Shown piece by piece: positions 1 through 12,299 of a DNA stretch of 64,000 nucleotides. Made by a program: the position numbers and the translations under genes. Source of the DNA: Mobula hypostoma (lineage: Eukaryota). The notes under the pieces were generated by a model. The model saw nothing but the letters and a program-made list of their open reading frames with translations, was not told the origin of the DNA and made no database searches. How positions within the stretch are numbered: position 1 is the first letter of the stretch; each line of letters starts with the position of its first letter. Location: positions 11,780,001 through 11,844,000 of the forward strand of contig NC_086097.1 in the NCBI RefSeq assembly GCF_963921235.1. Direction: 5' to 3'.

Positions 1-745
1 GTTTATCCGACACCATACTTTAATATAAATACAAGCCTAATCCAGTTTTAGAGTCATAGTCCTACAAATTATATTACAGCTGATCTGTTATTAGATAGGA
101 CAATCCATAATAATTGTCCTGATATAATATTACAGGATAAACAAACGAGTACAACTTACTTAATAGATATAGCCATTCCAAACACATATAACGTACAGAA
201 ATCAATATGAAAACATCAGAAATATGCAGAATTAAAGGAGGGAATTGAAAGACGATGGAATATGAACAAACTATACATTATTCAAAATCAGAATCAGGTT
301 TATCACCGGCATGTGTCATGAAATGTGTTAACTTAGCAGCAGCAGTTCAATACAATACATAATATAGGTGAAAAGAAAATAAGTAAATCAGTTGCAGTAT
401 ACGTATATTGAATAGGTTAAAAATCATGCAAAAATACGGAAATAACATATTTTAAAAAGTGAGGTAGTGTTCAAGGGTTCAACGTCCATTTAGGAATCGG
501 ATGGCAGAGGGGAAAAAGCTGTTCCTGAATTGCTGAGTGTGTGCCTTCAGGTAATATCTACAATTGGTATCATTCCAAATTCACTACATAACAGCATTAA
601 ACAATTAGGGTTACGCAGCAATATTTACGTAAATCTCCAGAAAACCACAATAATGAACACCGCTAGAATAGTCCGAAATATCCTAGCCACTGAGAAATGA
701 GCCTGTACCTCAGGTTTTACCACTTTGAGCCGAGAAATAAAAACA
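1..745 (+). mobile_element. R4/Dong-like non-LTR retrotransposon 3' end (restriction-like endonuclease domain), split by an insertion at ~283-550
   Basis: Hand translation from 94 gives DRTIHNNCPDIILQDKQTSTTYLIDIAIPNTYNVQKSI*KHQKYAELKEGIERRWNMNKLYII (PD..D..K-KY RLE pattern). It resumes at 551-700 as VISTIGIIPNSLHNSIKQLGLRSNIYVNLQKTTIMNTARIVRNILATEK*. Confidence 0.8.
283..550 (-). mobile_element. Rex1/Babar-like LINE 3' fragment with (GATTCT)n tail
   Basis: aatcagaatcagg tail. The minus strand encodes LKAHTQQFRNSFFPSAIRFLNGR*, homologous to copies at ~2806, ~12300, ~13917 and ~17758. Confidence 0.8.
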
Positions 746-1749
746 CAATATTAAAAAAGTTAACATTATTCTGCATTCATTAGGATGGATACAAAAATAA
801 CTGATGAAGCATGCTGTGAAGTTCAAAACTTATTCAACTGAGGTGCTGAAGACTGAATAAAAACTCTAGTACAATATGATGGCTAACAAATATCAAGATC
901 ACCAAGAGTGGTTAACGTCATTACCAGCACAGGAGAACGAAATAATTGTTACTTAGGATCCAATGCAGTACATAAATCTCAATAAAGAACACAATAATAA
1001 AATAGTAACAAATATAAATACAGAAGATAGCTCATATACATTGATTGTACGTCTGTAAAGTGATGCTAAACACAGGAGTGTTTGTACATAAACTGACTGA
1101 CAGGAAATGATAAAGTAGTTGTGATAGAGGGTGAGGAGGGGTGGGTGAGTTAGTGGGTGATATGTAGCCTCATCTCTGATGGAAGAGGGACAAACAGCCC
1201 ATGAGCAGAGTGGATGTCACCTTTCTGTATACATGTCCTTGATGGTGGGTAGGCTGTAATATTTGTGGCTGTGATAATAGGCAAATAATTATGAACATGT
1301 CATATTGGCGCCAGAAGTATGGTGACACCTAGAACTTAGATTGTGTTGGTTATTGACACAAACAATGCATTTTACTGTGTGTTTTGATATTCATGTGACA
1401 AATGAAGTTAATCTTATTTAAATAGATCTATCAATGATAATCAACAATAATCCTGATGCATTGAACTTTGAACTTTGATCATTGACAATCTCTTTGCCTC
1501 CACAAATGTTGCTCAGCCTGGTAAGCTCTTTAGTCTATTTTATTTTCTTCCCCATGATTACCACATCTGCAATCCTTTAGCCTGAGCTACAAATGGGAAT
1601 AGACTACACAAACCGGCCAGATCGACACAAATGGAAAGCAAGACTATAACATTGTGTTCAGCATGGATACTTTACAATGGCACTTAGTTGTGCTATTCAG
1701 AAAGTGTGCAGAAGTATGCAAAATACAGATTATAATGCCAATTCTTAAA

Positions 1750-2100
1750 GATAAAGATTAGCTTTATTTGTCACATGTACATCAAATCATCAAATCATAC
1801 AATGAATGTGTTGTTTTTGACAAATAAAATCAAGAAGGATTGTGGTGTGTAGCCCACAAGTGTTGCCATGTATCATCAGTAACACCACAGCATGTCCATA
1901 ATTCACTAACCCTCACCCTAACCGTAACCGTACATCTTCAGTATGTGGGAGGAGCCCAGAGCACCTAGCACCTAGGGGAAACTCACATGGTCATGGGAAG
2001 AACGTAAAAACTTCTTCCATGCGGTGGTGAAAATAAATCCCAGGCTTTGATTGCTGGCTGGTGCTGTAAAGTGATGTGCTAACCTCTTTGCTACTGTGCC
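1750..2100 (-). mobile_element. tRNA-derived V-SINE-like element
   Basis: Reverse complement of the V-domain-like core (gtgggaggagcccagagcacc...aactcacatggtcatggga) shared with many copies in the window. Confidence 0.6.
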
Positions 2101-2800
2101 ACGTATCAGATCATGTGGAAATCCAACTGACCGTGAGCCCCAATCTATCACATGTATGTTAACAAGCTAGGTGGAATAAAAGTTATACAAATTAGAAAGA
2201 AGTCGAGTTTTTGTGAAGGCAAGACAGAGTTAAGAAAAATTGTTTAAACTCGAGGCACTGGTTTTATTGAATAGCTTGTTGTATGAAGTGTATTTGATGG
2301 CTTTGGGCCTGTATTGACATTGAGCTAGGCAGTTTGTATACACTGAGTCTGGGAAAAGTAAAAATTTTCACCAAACTAGCTTTTGCATACATATGATCAG
2401 ATGATTATGGATAAGGAGAGTCAGCAATGTTTGATAATGCACACAAAACTACTAGATTTGTATACAAATCTATATGGTGGTGCAAAATCATCCCATCTCA
2501 AACGTACTTGTAGATTACTTTTCATACAGACAATATAGTTCAACTTGTTTTACTATGAGATGAATTGTGAAACCATTCTTGTCTTTATGCATTGGAGTCT
2601 CCTGCTTGATGGTAGAAAGTCAAAGAGGATGCTGGATGGATGGGTGGGATCCTTGATAATACTCAGGGCGCTATGTACAGTACACTGCGCTCCTGATAAA
2701 TGTCCCTGATGGGTGGTAGGGAGACCCCTATGATCCTCTTGGCCATTCTCACATTCCTTCCTTGGGACTTCCAGTCTGATGCTCGGCACTCCCATACCAG

Positions 2801-5800
2801 AACCAGAATGAGAATCAGGTTTATCATCACCAACGTGTGCCGTGAAATTTGTTAACTTAGCAGCAGCAGTTCAATGCAATACATAATCTAGCAGAGAGAA
2901 AAAAATAACAATAATAAACAAAATAAAACATAATGATAAATAAATTAGAAAAAATTTTGTATATTGAATAGATTTTTTTAAATGTGCAAAAACAGAGATA
3001 CTGTATAATTTTTAAAAAGTGAGGGAGTGTCCAAAGATTCAATGTCCATTTAGGAATTGGATGGCAGAGGGGAAGAAGCTGTTCCTGAATCGCTGAGTGT
3101 GTGCCTTCAGGCTTCTGTATCTCCAGCCTGATGGTAATAGTGAGAAAAGGACATGCCCTGGGTGCTGGGGGTCCTTAATAACGGACGCTACCTTTCTGAG
3201 GCTCCGCTCCCTAAAGATGTCCTGGGTACTTGTAGGCTAGTACCCAAGATGGAGCTGACTAGACTTTGAGCGTACTTGTTGACATGCCAGATCTCTTCAA
3301 ACTCCTAATAAAGTATAGCCGCTGTCTTGCCTTCTTTATAACTACTTCGATATGTTGGGACCAGGTTAGATCCTCAGAGATCGTGACACCCAGGAACTTG
3401 AAACTGCTCACTCTCTCCACTTCTGATCCCTTTATGATGATTGGTATGTGTTCCTTCATCTTACCCTTCCTGAAGTCCACAATCACCTCTTTTGTCTTAC
3501 TGATGTTGAGTGCCAGGTTGTTGCTGCGACACCACTCCACTAGTTGGCATATCTCACTCCTGTACGCCCTCTCGTCACCACCTGAGATACGATCAACTAT
3601 GGTTGTATCATCAGCAAATTTATAGACGGTATTTGAACTGTGCCTAGCCACACAGTCACGTGTATATAGAGTAGAGCAGCGGGCTAAGCACACACCCCTG
3701 AAGTGCACCAGTGTTGAGCGTCAGCGAGGAGGATATGTTATCACCAATCTGCACAGACTGTGGTCTTCCAGTTAGGAAACCAAGGATCCAATTGCAGGGG
3801 GAGGCTCAGAGGCCCAGGTTCTGCAGCTTCTCAATCAGGATTGTGGGAATAATGGTATTAAATGCTGAGCTACAGTCAATGAACAGCATCCTGACGTAGG
3901 TGTTTGCGTTGTCCAGGTGGTCTAAAGCCATGTGGAGAGCCATTGAGATTGTGTCTGCCATTGACCTATTGTGGCGATAGGCAAATTGCAATGGGTCCCG
4001 GTCCTTGCTGAAGCAGGAGTTCAGTCTAGTCATGACCAACCTCTCAATTCGTCTCTATAGAGCCGTCTCTATCTGTCTACAAGAAGGGTCAGAGCAGTCT
4101 ATATTTCCTGAGGAGACTGAGGTCCTTTAACATCTGTCAGACGATGCTGAAGATGTTCTACGAGTCTGTGGTGGTCAGTGCGATCATGTTTGCTGTTGTG
4201 TGCTGGGGCAGCAGGCTGAGGGTAGCAGACACCAACAGAATCAACAAACTCATTCGTAAGGCCAGTGATGTTGTGGGGATGGAACTGGACTCTCTGACGG
4301 TGGTGTCTGAAAAGAGGATGCTGTCCAAGTTGCATGCCATCTTGGACAATGTCTCCCATCCACTACATAATGTACTGGGTGGGCACAGGAGTACATTCAG
4401 CCAGAGACTCGTTCCACCGAGATGCAACCCAAAGTGTCATAGGAAGTCATTCCTGCCTGTGGCCATCAAACTTTACAACTTCTCCCTTGGAGGGTCAGAC
4501 ACCCTGAGCCAATAGGCTGGTCCTGGAGTTATTTCCTGGCATAATTTACATATTACTGTTTAATTATTTATGTTTTATTACTATTTAATTATTTATGGTG
4601 CAACTGTAACGAAAACCAAATTCCCCCGGGATCAATAAAGTATGACTATGACTTTGACTATGACTATGACTATGAAAGCATTTCATCACCGTCCATGTAA
4701 GTGCTACCAGGTGATAGCCATTAAGGCAGCCCACATTACTCTTCTTAGGAACTGGTATAATTGTTGCCTTTTTGAAGCAGGTGGGAACTTCTGCCTGTAG
4801 CAGTGAGAGGTTGAAAATGTCCTGGAATATTCCTGCTAGTTGATTGGCACAGGTTTTCAGAGCCTTACCAGGTACTCCATCGGGACCTTCGGCCTTGTGA
4901 AGGTTCACTCTCTTTAAAGACAGCCTAACATCGGCCTCTGAGACAGAGATCACAGGATCATCAGGTGCAGCAGGGATCTTCACAGCTGTAGTTGTGTTCT
5001 CCCTTTCAAAGCGGACATAGAGGCATTGAGTTCATCTGGTAGTAAAGCAACGCTGCCATTCATGCTGTTGGGTTTCGCTTTGTAGGAAGTAATGTCTTGC
5101 AGACCCTTGTCAGAGTTGCCGTGCATTTGATATCGCCTCCAACCTCATTCGAAATTGTCTCTTCACCCTTGAAATAGCCCTTCGCAAATCACACCTGGTT
5201 TTCTGGTACAGGTCTGTGTTGCCAGACTTGAATACCACAGATCTAGCCTTCAGCAGACAATGTACCTCCTGGTTCATCCATGGGTTTTGGTTTGGGAATG
5301 TACAATAAGTCTTTGTAGGCACACACTCATCTACACAGGTTTTAATGAAGTCGGTAACAACTGCAGCATACTCATCCAGATTCAAAGATGAATCCTTGAA
5401 TACAGTCCAGTCCATCAACTCAAAGCAGTCCTGTAGGCACTCCTATACTTCCCTTGTCCATTCTTTTTTCTTGGTCCTCACTGCTTGCTCCGCAGTCTTC
5501 AGTCACTGCCTATACTCAGGAATTAGAAGTACAGCTAGGTGATCAGACTTCCCGAATTGAGGGTGTGGAATAGCACGGTAGGCATTCTTGATGGTGGTGT
5601 AGCAATGGTCCAGTGTGTTGTTTCCTCTGGTATTGCAAGTGATCTATTGATGGTAGTTGCTTAGTGGTTTTTTTCACACTGGCCTTGTTAAAATCTCCCA
5701 AAATGATGATGAAGGTGTTAGGGTGTGCTGTTTCCTGCATGTTGATCCCATTACTCAGATCATCTAAAGCCTGCTTGGCATTGGCCTGAGGTGGAATGTA

Positions 5801-6078
5801 GATTGCCACCAACATGACCCCAGAGAACTCCCGTGGCAGGTGAAAAGGATGACACTTTACTGCTAGATATTCCAGGTCTGGTGAGCAGAATTGGGACAGC
5901 ACTGATATATTTGTGCACCAAGAAGAGTTGATCATGAGGCATACTCCTCCACCTCTGCTCTTGTGAGACTCTATCGATCTATCCTGATAGTGTATAGTAA
6001 ACCCGTCGATCTGAATCACTGTATCCGGTACGGATGGGGTTAACAACGATTCCGTGAAACAAAGGACACATGTGGTCC
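2801..6078 (-). mobile_element. Long Rex1/Babar-like LINE (APE endonuclease + RT), frameshifted, flanked by TACCAG TSD
   Basis: ORF 5543-6046 has APE motifs (RGGGVC, YIPP, ILGDFN). ORFs 4585-4983, 3806-4039 ([18 protein letters not shown]) and 3259-3708 (YKFADDTT, FKFLGV) are RT. GATTCT-type tail at ~2801-2820; taccag at 2795-2800 and 6079-6084. Confidence 0.9.
4048..4675 (+). mobile_element. 5'-truncated Rex1-like LINE of another subfamily with (TATGAC)n tail, inserted antisense into the previous element
   Basis: ORF 4144-4515 (MFYESVVVSAIMFAVVCWGS..SHPLH..KSFLPVAIKLYN), then AATAAA and a tatgac repeat at ~4641-4675. The host RT sequence ctctca|aagcatttcatc rejoins across the insert. Confidence 0.88.
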
Positions 6079-6321
6079 TACCAGCTGATGATGCAGCTTG
6101 TCAGGGCACTCTCAATACTGCTCCTGTAAAATTCAGTGAAGATGGGTGTAGGAGGAGAGCTCACTTGCTTCAATTTCCTCAGGAAGGGGTGACACTGCTC
6201 TATCTTCTTATTCAGGTAAGTGATTTTGAGGGACCAGGTGAGGTCATTCACGATGTGAACTCCCAGGAACTTGGTGCACATAATTCTCTTTATGGAGGAG
6301 CCATGTATGTGCAGAGGGGGA

Positions 6322-6478
6322 TGGTTCACGAAAATGATTCCAGTATTGAATAGCATGTCATATGAAGAGCGTTTGATGGCTTTGGGCCTGTATTCACTAG
6401 TATCAGCCATGGTGAAATGGTGGAGCAGGCTCATTGGGCCAAATTGCCTAATTCTGCTTCTATATCTTGTGATCTTCT
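6322..6478 (+). mobile_element. Internally deleted CR1 3' fragment
   Basis: FTKMIP..MSYEERLMALGLYSL joined directly to the CR1 3' UTR (ggccaaattgcctaattctgcttctatatctt). Confidence 0.75.
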
Positions 6479-6699
6479 TCTCGTTCAGACTTAGGTTGTT
6501 GTTCTCACACTGGTCCACCAGCCGCTCCACTTCCTCTCTGTGCTCCGACTCATCATGGCTGTTGATGCGGTCAGCCGCTGTGGTGTCATCCGCAAACTTG
6601 ACGACACGGTTCGAGCTGAATGCTGTGTCACAGTCAATGCGTCAGCATATGAACAGTGGTGGGCTGAACACACAGCCCTAGGGAGTTCCAGTACTCCCC

Positions 6700-6950
6700 A
6701 GAAGAAGGTTTTGAGCTGGCACCGAAACATGTCAACTAAGTTTTAGTTTTAGGTATTGAATTCCACAGTTCAGGAGTGTAGTTCAAAAAAGATGACCTGC
6801 CAATTACCTTCGGAGTGAGATTGTTCGAATTTAAGAGACTGGTGGGAGAAGACTTGAGAGCAGGATTATTAAACAAAAGTGATTCTGTGATGTATTCCTG
6901 TTCTAGACGATTGAGAGTTTTTAAAACAAGTAAGAGAACTTCACAAAGAA
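6700..6950 (-). mobile_element. L2-like LINE C-terminal fragment
   Basis: ORF 6736-7002 reads VLKTLNRLEQEYITESL..LKSS..LL..GRSSFLNYTPELWNSIP, followed by FRCQLKTFF. This matches the L2 ORF2 end pattern (AP.LWNSLP..FK..LKT.LF). Confidence 0.7.
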
Positions 6951-7545
6951 GAAAGAAATGCAGAAATGTGAACTGAATGCAGGCAATGAAACAATTCAAC
7001 AAACATGGATGTTCAATTACTTAGGGAACATGATAGCATCCGACTGTAGGGCTGATGTTGAAATTAGCAGGTTTAGGATTGCTAAATGGACGTTCGAATG
7101 TCTAAGCAAGTTACTAAAGAATAACATAATTTCTATGGATACAAATCTAAGAATGCTGCGGTGCTATATTCATTCCACACTACCATATGGAAGCGAATGT
7201 TGGACAATATCAAAGCAATATGAGGAAAGACTCGATGCTGCAGAAATTTGATGAAAATATTGTGGAAGGACAGAGTAACAAATGGGGACGTCAGGAAACA
7301 TCAGCTGGAGTTTCTGGGGTGTGTACTGAGAAAAGAAAAGCTCAAACATCTTACAATGACAGGAAAATTTGATGGACGAAAAGTTCACAGTCGATGGTGC
7401 ATAACATTTAGAACTTACATCAAGGGATGGGCAAACAAATGTTCTGAAGTGCTTACTAGAACTTCTCAGATTAAAGACAGATGAAAGACCATGATCACCC
7501 ATGTCAGACAACATGGCACATTATGATGATGATGATAATGATGAA
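6950..7545 (+). mobile_element. RTE-clade LINE 3' fragment with (ATG)n tail
   Basis: ORF 6958-7251 (FNYLG, RIAK..F, LRCYIHSTLPYGSECWTI) and ORF 7248-7484 (QLEFLGCVLRKEKL.HL..TGK.DG); tail atgatgatgataatgatg at ~7523-7543. Confidence 0.85.
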
Positions 7546-7734
7546 GAGGACTTTAAAATCGATTGTAAAAGATTCAGGAAGCCAATGCAGTGTAGTTAGG
7601 ATGGGAACGATACGCTCCTTTATTCTCGTTTTGGTTAAAACTCTAATGTACAAGATACCGTAATATACAAATTACTGACTATAAGATATAGGAACGGAAT
7701 TAGGCCATTTGGCCCATCGAGTCTGCTCCATACT

Positions 7735-8330
7735 GTGTTGCTATTAAGTACTAATAGCCACAAATACCAAGATGAGTATCTCAGAGTTTTTGAAGAAGGC
7801 TTCAGGTGGCTGAACAAACACAACATAAAGCTAATAAGAAACAAGTGTGTATTCCTACCAAAGGAAATTGTCTACCTCGGACTAAAAGCAGGTGTGCAAG
7901 GACCAATAAAAGAAAAAGTGGAATAAGTTGCAAAATCATGGAAACTGAACTCAGGTTGAACTCAGGTCATTCCTGGACACAGCGTGCTAAGATTTTTTAT
8001 TGACATTTGCAGCATTTTGTACCTCATTACATCAGTTACTGACAAACACGGATCTGGGATAAAGATGGTAAAAAACATCTGAATAATGTCACAGGAATCC
8101 TGGAAGTTTTTGTACATTAATGGTGAATAAAGTAACTTACAGAAATTTGTAATACCTCACATTATGCATTAGGAACTGTCATGTGATGTATTGTAGTTAA
8201 GAAAATCTAATTCGGTTTATTTTATGCACATTGAAGAAGGCTAATTCTACTCAAATCAAGAAAGAAATTTAGAATTTACCCATGGAGTGCAAATAATACA
8301 TACACTTTTCTACAAATATATATGGTTGGT
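7735..8330 (+). mobile_element. Highly decayed Gypsy-like pol fragment (end of RT into RNase H)
   Basis: ORF 7735-7926 (L..HNIKLIRNKCVFLPKEIVYLG..PIKEKVE), then ICNTSHYALGTVM resembling the CDAS.YG.GAV RNase H motif. Confidence 0.6.
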
Positions 8331-8356
8331 AAGACCATATTTGTGGAACAATCATG

Positions 8357-8548
8357 AACAAGAGAAAATCTGCAGATGCTGGAAAGCCAAGCCACACACA
8401 CAAAATCCTGGAGGAACTCAGCAGGCCAGGTAGTGTCTACGGAAATGAGTAAATAGTTGACATCTCAGCCTGAAACGTCGACTGTTCGCACTTTTCCATA
8501 GATGCTGCCTGGCCTGGTAACTGCCTCCAACATTTTGTGTGTGTTGCC
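8357..8548. mobile_element. Short fold-back insertion made of two opposed Penelope terminal-repeat tips (ribozyme core mostly deleted)
   Basis: cacacacaaaatcctggaggaactcagcaggccagg is mirrored by cctggcctggtaactgcctccaacattttgtgtgtg; the centre keeps cctgaaacgtcgactg. Confidence 0.8.
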
Positions 8549-8859
8549 CATATTTGTAGAATTCTGTTTTCCTTAGCTAAGGAAGGGACATACTTGCCAT
8601 CAAAGTAGTGCAGCAAAAATGCAGCAGAACTGTTCCTGGGATGATATGTTCCTCATTTGAGAAAGAGTAGATTAGTCTTTGATTCTCTAAATTCAGAAGA
8701 ATGAGAGATGGACTCATTGAAACATAAATTTCTCAAAGTATCAACAGAGTAGTTATAGGGAAGGCTCTTCCCTTGGCCTCCATAGAAATAGGAGTCCACA
8801 GTTTCAAAATAAAGAATAGGTTGTTTAAGGGGTAACATAAGGATAAATTTGAGGTAGAA

Positions 8860-9143
8860 GACCAAATTCAGGAACAATTGTTTCCCTTCAACTATCATGC
8901 TCTTGAATCTGAAGGGATATCTTCACCCACCCAAACACTGAACTGTTCCTGAAACCCATGGACTCTCTTTCAAGGACTTTTCATCTCATGTTGTCCATAT
9001 TTATTGCTTATTTATTTGTTATTACTATATTGTTTTTTTTTAATTTCTTTGTGCTTGCTGTGAATGCCCACAAGAAAATGATGCTCAGGGTTATATATGG
9101 TGACATATATGTACTTTGATAATAAATTTACTTTGAACTTTGA
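8860..9143 (+). repeat. Rex-type LINE 3' UTR family with (TTTGAAC)n tail; further copies at ~10430-10635, 21215-21430, 23420-23920, 24730-24820, 35495-35870, 36950-37885, 52680-52895, 56790-58010, 60750-61775
   Basis: Shared signature caagaaaatgaatctcagggttgtatatggtgacatatatgtactttgataataaatttactttgaac, preceded in long copies by the coding end RRYRSLR.HTTRFRNS..P.TI.LLN. Confidence 0.8.
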
Positions 9144-9677
9144 GATATGACCTTGTTGAATGACAGAGTAGGCATAAGAGGCAGTTTCGGTTACTCTTGG
9201 CTCTTCTTTTTATGTTCTTTCTGATCATCAGTTTTTGTCCTAAGCTGTCGATATCAACAATGGGTTACGTTCTCGTGTTTTAGCTCTGTCATGGAGGTAA
9301 CTGAGAAGACACAGAAGATAACATTCTAAAATAAGGGTATAGAAAGACTTTGAAAGAATGAGCGTCTCAGACAATATCCAGGGGAAGTGTGAAACTCCAC
9401 AATAAACAGCAAAATAAACTGTTTTGCTGAAAAAGATTTTGTTAGATAGGAACACTAAGCTGTCATACAAGGTTCATTGAAAGGACAAACTTCTTCAGGA
9501 TTTTCATGCTGAAAGTTTCATTTCTTGTCTTGAGTTAGATAAAGACCTTTAAAGAACTAATATACGAGTATTTTATCTGCTCCAATGGCAGAGCCAATCC
9601 ATCAAAGGCAATTGGAAATGGCTAGCAAGATCTTTCTAAGGAATATGTATTGATTTCTGCGAGATTGTAGAAACAAG

Positions 9678-9948
9678 GTAGTGTAGCGGTGTGCACGACA
9701 CTATTACAGCTTGGGGCATTTGGAGTTCCAGCACTGGTAAGGAGTCTCTGTATGTCTTCCCGATGGAATGCATGGGTTTTCTCCGGTTCCTCTCACAGTC
9801 TAAAGATGTACTGCATAAGTTAATTCGTCATTGTAAATTGTCCTGTAATTTTTGGGTTAGTATTAATTGGGGTCGTGGGGATTCTGGGGCAGTATGGCTC
9901 AAAGGGCTAGAAAAGTCTACTCTGCACTGTATCGCCAAATAAATAAAA
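9678..9948 (+). mobile_element. V-SINE-like element; further copies at ~13520-13800(-), 18403-18632(+), 25480-25690(+), 28580-29000, 30855-31108(-), 37430-37715(-), 49905-50050(+), 51045-51335(-), 59233-59510(+)
   Basis: tRNA-like head (ggtagtgtagcgg..ggagttc) plus core tatgtcttcccg..atgggtttt..ccggttcctctcacagtctaaaga and an AATAAA-rich tail. Confidence 0.75.
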
Positions 9949-11086
9949 TCAATAAAAACAAAGGAGATTGATAACTTCTTCATGATCTTAGATAATCCCA
10001 CACAATGAATTGATGTGAAACATGCCAGCTCTTAAGACACAACAAAGTGTACCTGTATGGGTAGCTCGAGATCTATCTGCTCATATCATGGTTTACCTGA
10101 AGAACGAGTCTTGGAGAATGGTCCCCATCTGTATGCTTTGTGAAGTTCAGTGCTATTATTTCAGCCATATTATTCAGTAAATAGGTTGGTGGAAAGATTA
10201 GTGGGAATTGTCAAAAGTGCATGAAAGCAGGTACAGGAGTGATTAGAGGATATATTCCACAATAAGTTATTCTCTTGTTGAGACGTTGATATGTGGAAGA
10301 TTCAGAGCATAGCTTAAGTCAGTAAAATCTTAAGCAAAGAGTAGAAAAGGAGCATTGGGATAAAAGATGTGGAAAGAATCAACACTGAGGAATTATGATG
10401 TTCAGAGATGATGAAAGTGGCCATGGACTCACTTTCATAAACTTCACTCCTGAATGTTATTTGCTTACTTTTATTGTTTGCATAATTTGTTTTTTTCTGC
10501 AGATTGGACATTTGATGGTCTTTTTTAAAATTGTTTCTGCTGGATTTCTTTGTTCTGTGGCTACCTATAAGAAGATGAATTTTCAAGGTTGTATATAGCA
10601 TATAATACTTTGATAATAAATATACTTTGAACTTCGGTATGTTGGAGTGATATATTGGAACTATGTGCTACAAAGAGAAATTATGAACCAAATCGGATGT
10701 GTACACATAAGTTAGTTGATTCCTGCAAGGGAAATACAAGATAATATCAAAGGGTTGTGTAATCTTGAGTGTATTAAAGAAATCGATCTGTTTGAGACTA
10801 TGGAAGAAATTACACAAGATCCTATTGAACTGAGATGAGGAGTGACATCTTCTTCAAATCAAGGAGCAGATATAATGCTGGTTACATATTCCTTTGAGAA
10901 GATCAAAGACGCTCAGAAAACCTGTGTATAAGTTAAACTGGTAAATAACATGAATAGGTGATTTTTTTTTCTTTTCAAAAGGGATTAGTAGTGTAGAGTA
11001 TGTAAGCGTGTGACATATATATCTGATACATGACAACATGTACAGCATAGTTAAGGAAAATCGAATAAACAAGATGTTAGAGACAG

Positions 11087-11562
11087 AGAAAACATAGAAA
11101 ATAGGTGCAGGAGTAGGCCATTCGGCCCTTCAAGCCTGCACCGCCATTCAGTATGATCACGGCTGATCATCCAACTCAGAACCCTGTACTTGCCTTCTCT
11201 CCATACCCCCGATCCCTTTAGCCACAAGGGCCATATCTAACTCCCTCTTAAATATAGCCAATGAACTGACCTCAACTGTTTCCTGTGGCAGAGAGTTCCA
11301 CAGATTCACCACTCTCTACTCTGTGTGAAGAAGTTTTTCCTCATCTCAGTCCTAAAAGGCTTCCCCTTTATCCTCAAACTGCGCCCCCTCGTTCTGGACT
11401 TCCCCAACATCGGGAACAATCTTCCTGCATCTAGCCTGTCCAATCCCTTTAGAATTTTATATGTTTCAATAAGATCCCCCCTCAATCTTCTAAATTCCAG
11501 AGAGTATAAGCCTAGTCAATCCAGTCTTTCATCATATGAAAGTCCTGCCATGCCAGGAATCA
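11087..11562 (-). mobile_element. Young CR1 3' fragment (same subfamily as 38731-40246 and 36597-36782)
   Basis: Near-identical to 38740-39205, starting aaacatagaaaataggtgcaggagtaggccattcggccctt. Confidence 0.92.
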
Positions 11563-11628
11563 GTTTAAGCAGCTCTCCATGTACCTAGTGATTCATTTCA
11601 TTCCGACGTATTACAATCAGAATCAGAA

Positions 11629-12299
11629 ACACTTGAGATTCTGCAGATGCTGAAAATCCAAAACAACACACACAAAATGCTGAAGGAACTCAGCAGGCCA
11701 GGCAGCATCTATGGAAAAAGGTACTGTCAAAGTTTCAGGCTAAGACCCTTCATCAGAATTGGAAAAAAAGAGGAGAAGTCAAAGTAAGAAGGTGGGAGGA
11801 GGGAGGAAGAAGTACAAGGTGGGAGGTGATAGGTGAAACTGGAAGAGGGAGAGGGGGTGAAATAAAGAGCTTGGGAGATTGATTGGTGAAAGAGATAAAG
11901 GGGGAATCTGATAGGAGAGGATCGAGGACCAAGGAAGAAAGATAAGGAGGATGAACACTTGATGGGAGTGATGGACAGGTAAGGAGATAAGGTGAGAAAG
12001 GGAAACGGAATGGAGGGTAGTGAAGGAGATGAGCGGAGATGTTTGAATAATCAAAGTTCATGCCGTCAGGCTGGAGGCTACCCAGACAGAATATAAGATG
12101 TTGCTTCTCCAACCTGAGTGTTGCCCCATCACAACAGCCATCGAGTGACATGTTGGAATGGGGATGGGAAGTAGAATTGAAATGGGTGGCTACCGGGAGA
12201 TCTCGCTTTTTCTGGTGGAGGGAGAGGTCTCCCAATATCACCAATGTACAGGAGACCACGCCAGGAGCACCGGATACAGTAGATCACCTAATAGACTCG
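11629..12299 (-). mobile_element. Penelope-like element 3' part (GIY-YIG C-terminus + terminal repeat)
   Basis: ORF 11753-12259 (RDLPVATHFNSTSHPHSNM..LRLEKQHLIFCLGSLQPDGMN). Degenerate ribozyme at ~11725-11762; flanked by cagaatcagaa at 11618-11628 and 12300-12310. Confidence 0.85.

Larger units (their letters stand above)
2556..6680 (-). mobile_element. Old Rex1-like LINE fragment (pieces 2556-2800, 6079-6325, 6470-6680), outer host of a nested cluster
   Basis: ORF 2553-2795 (SIIKDPTHPS..LPSSRRL) and ORF 6078-6530 (KFLGVHIVNDLTWS, FYRSSIESALTSCI); aagtttgcggatgacacc (KFADDT) on the minus strand near 6580-6600. Confidence 0.75.

Noticed and set aside
1908..1930. Telomere-like ccctaa units
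   Set aside because: Only a few imperfect units inside a SINE; not an interstitial telomeric array.
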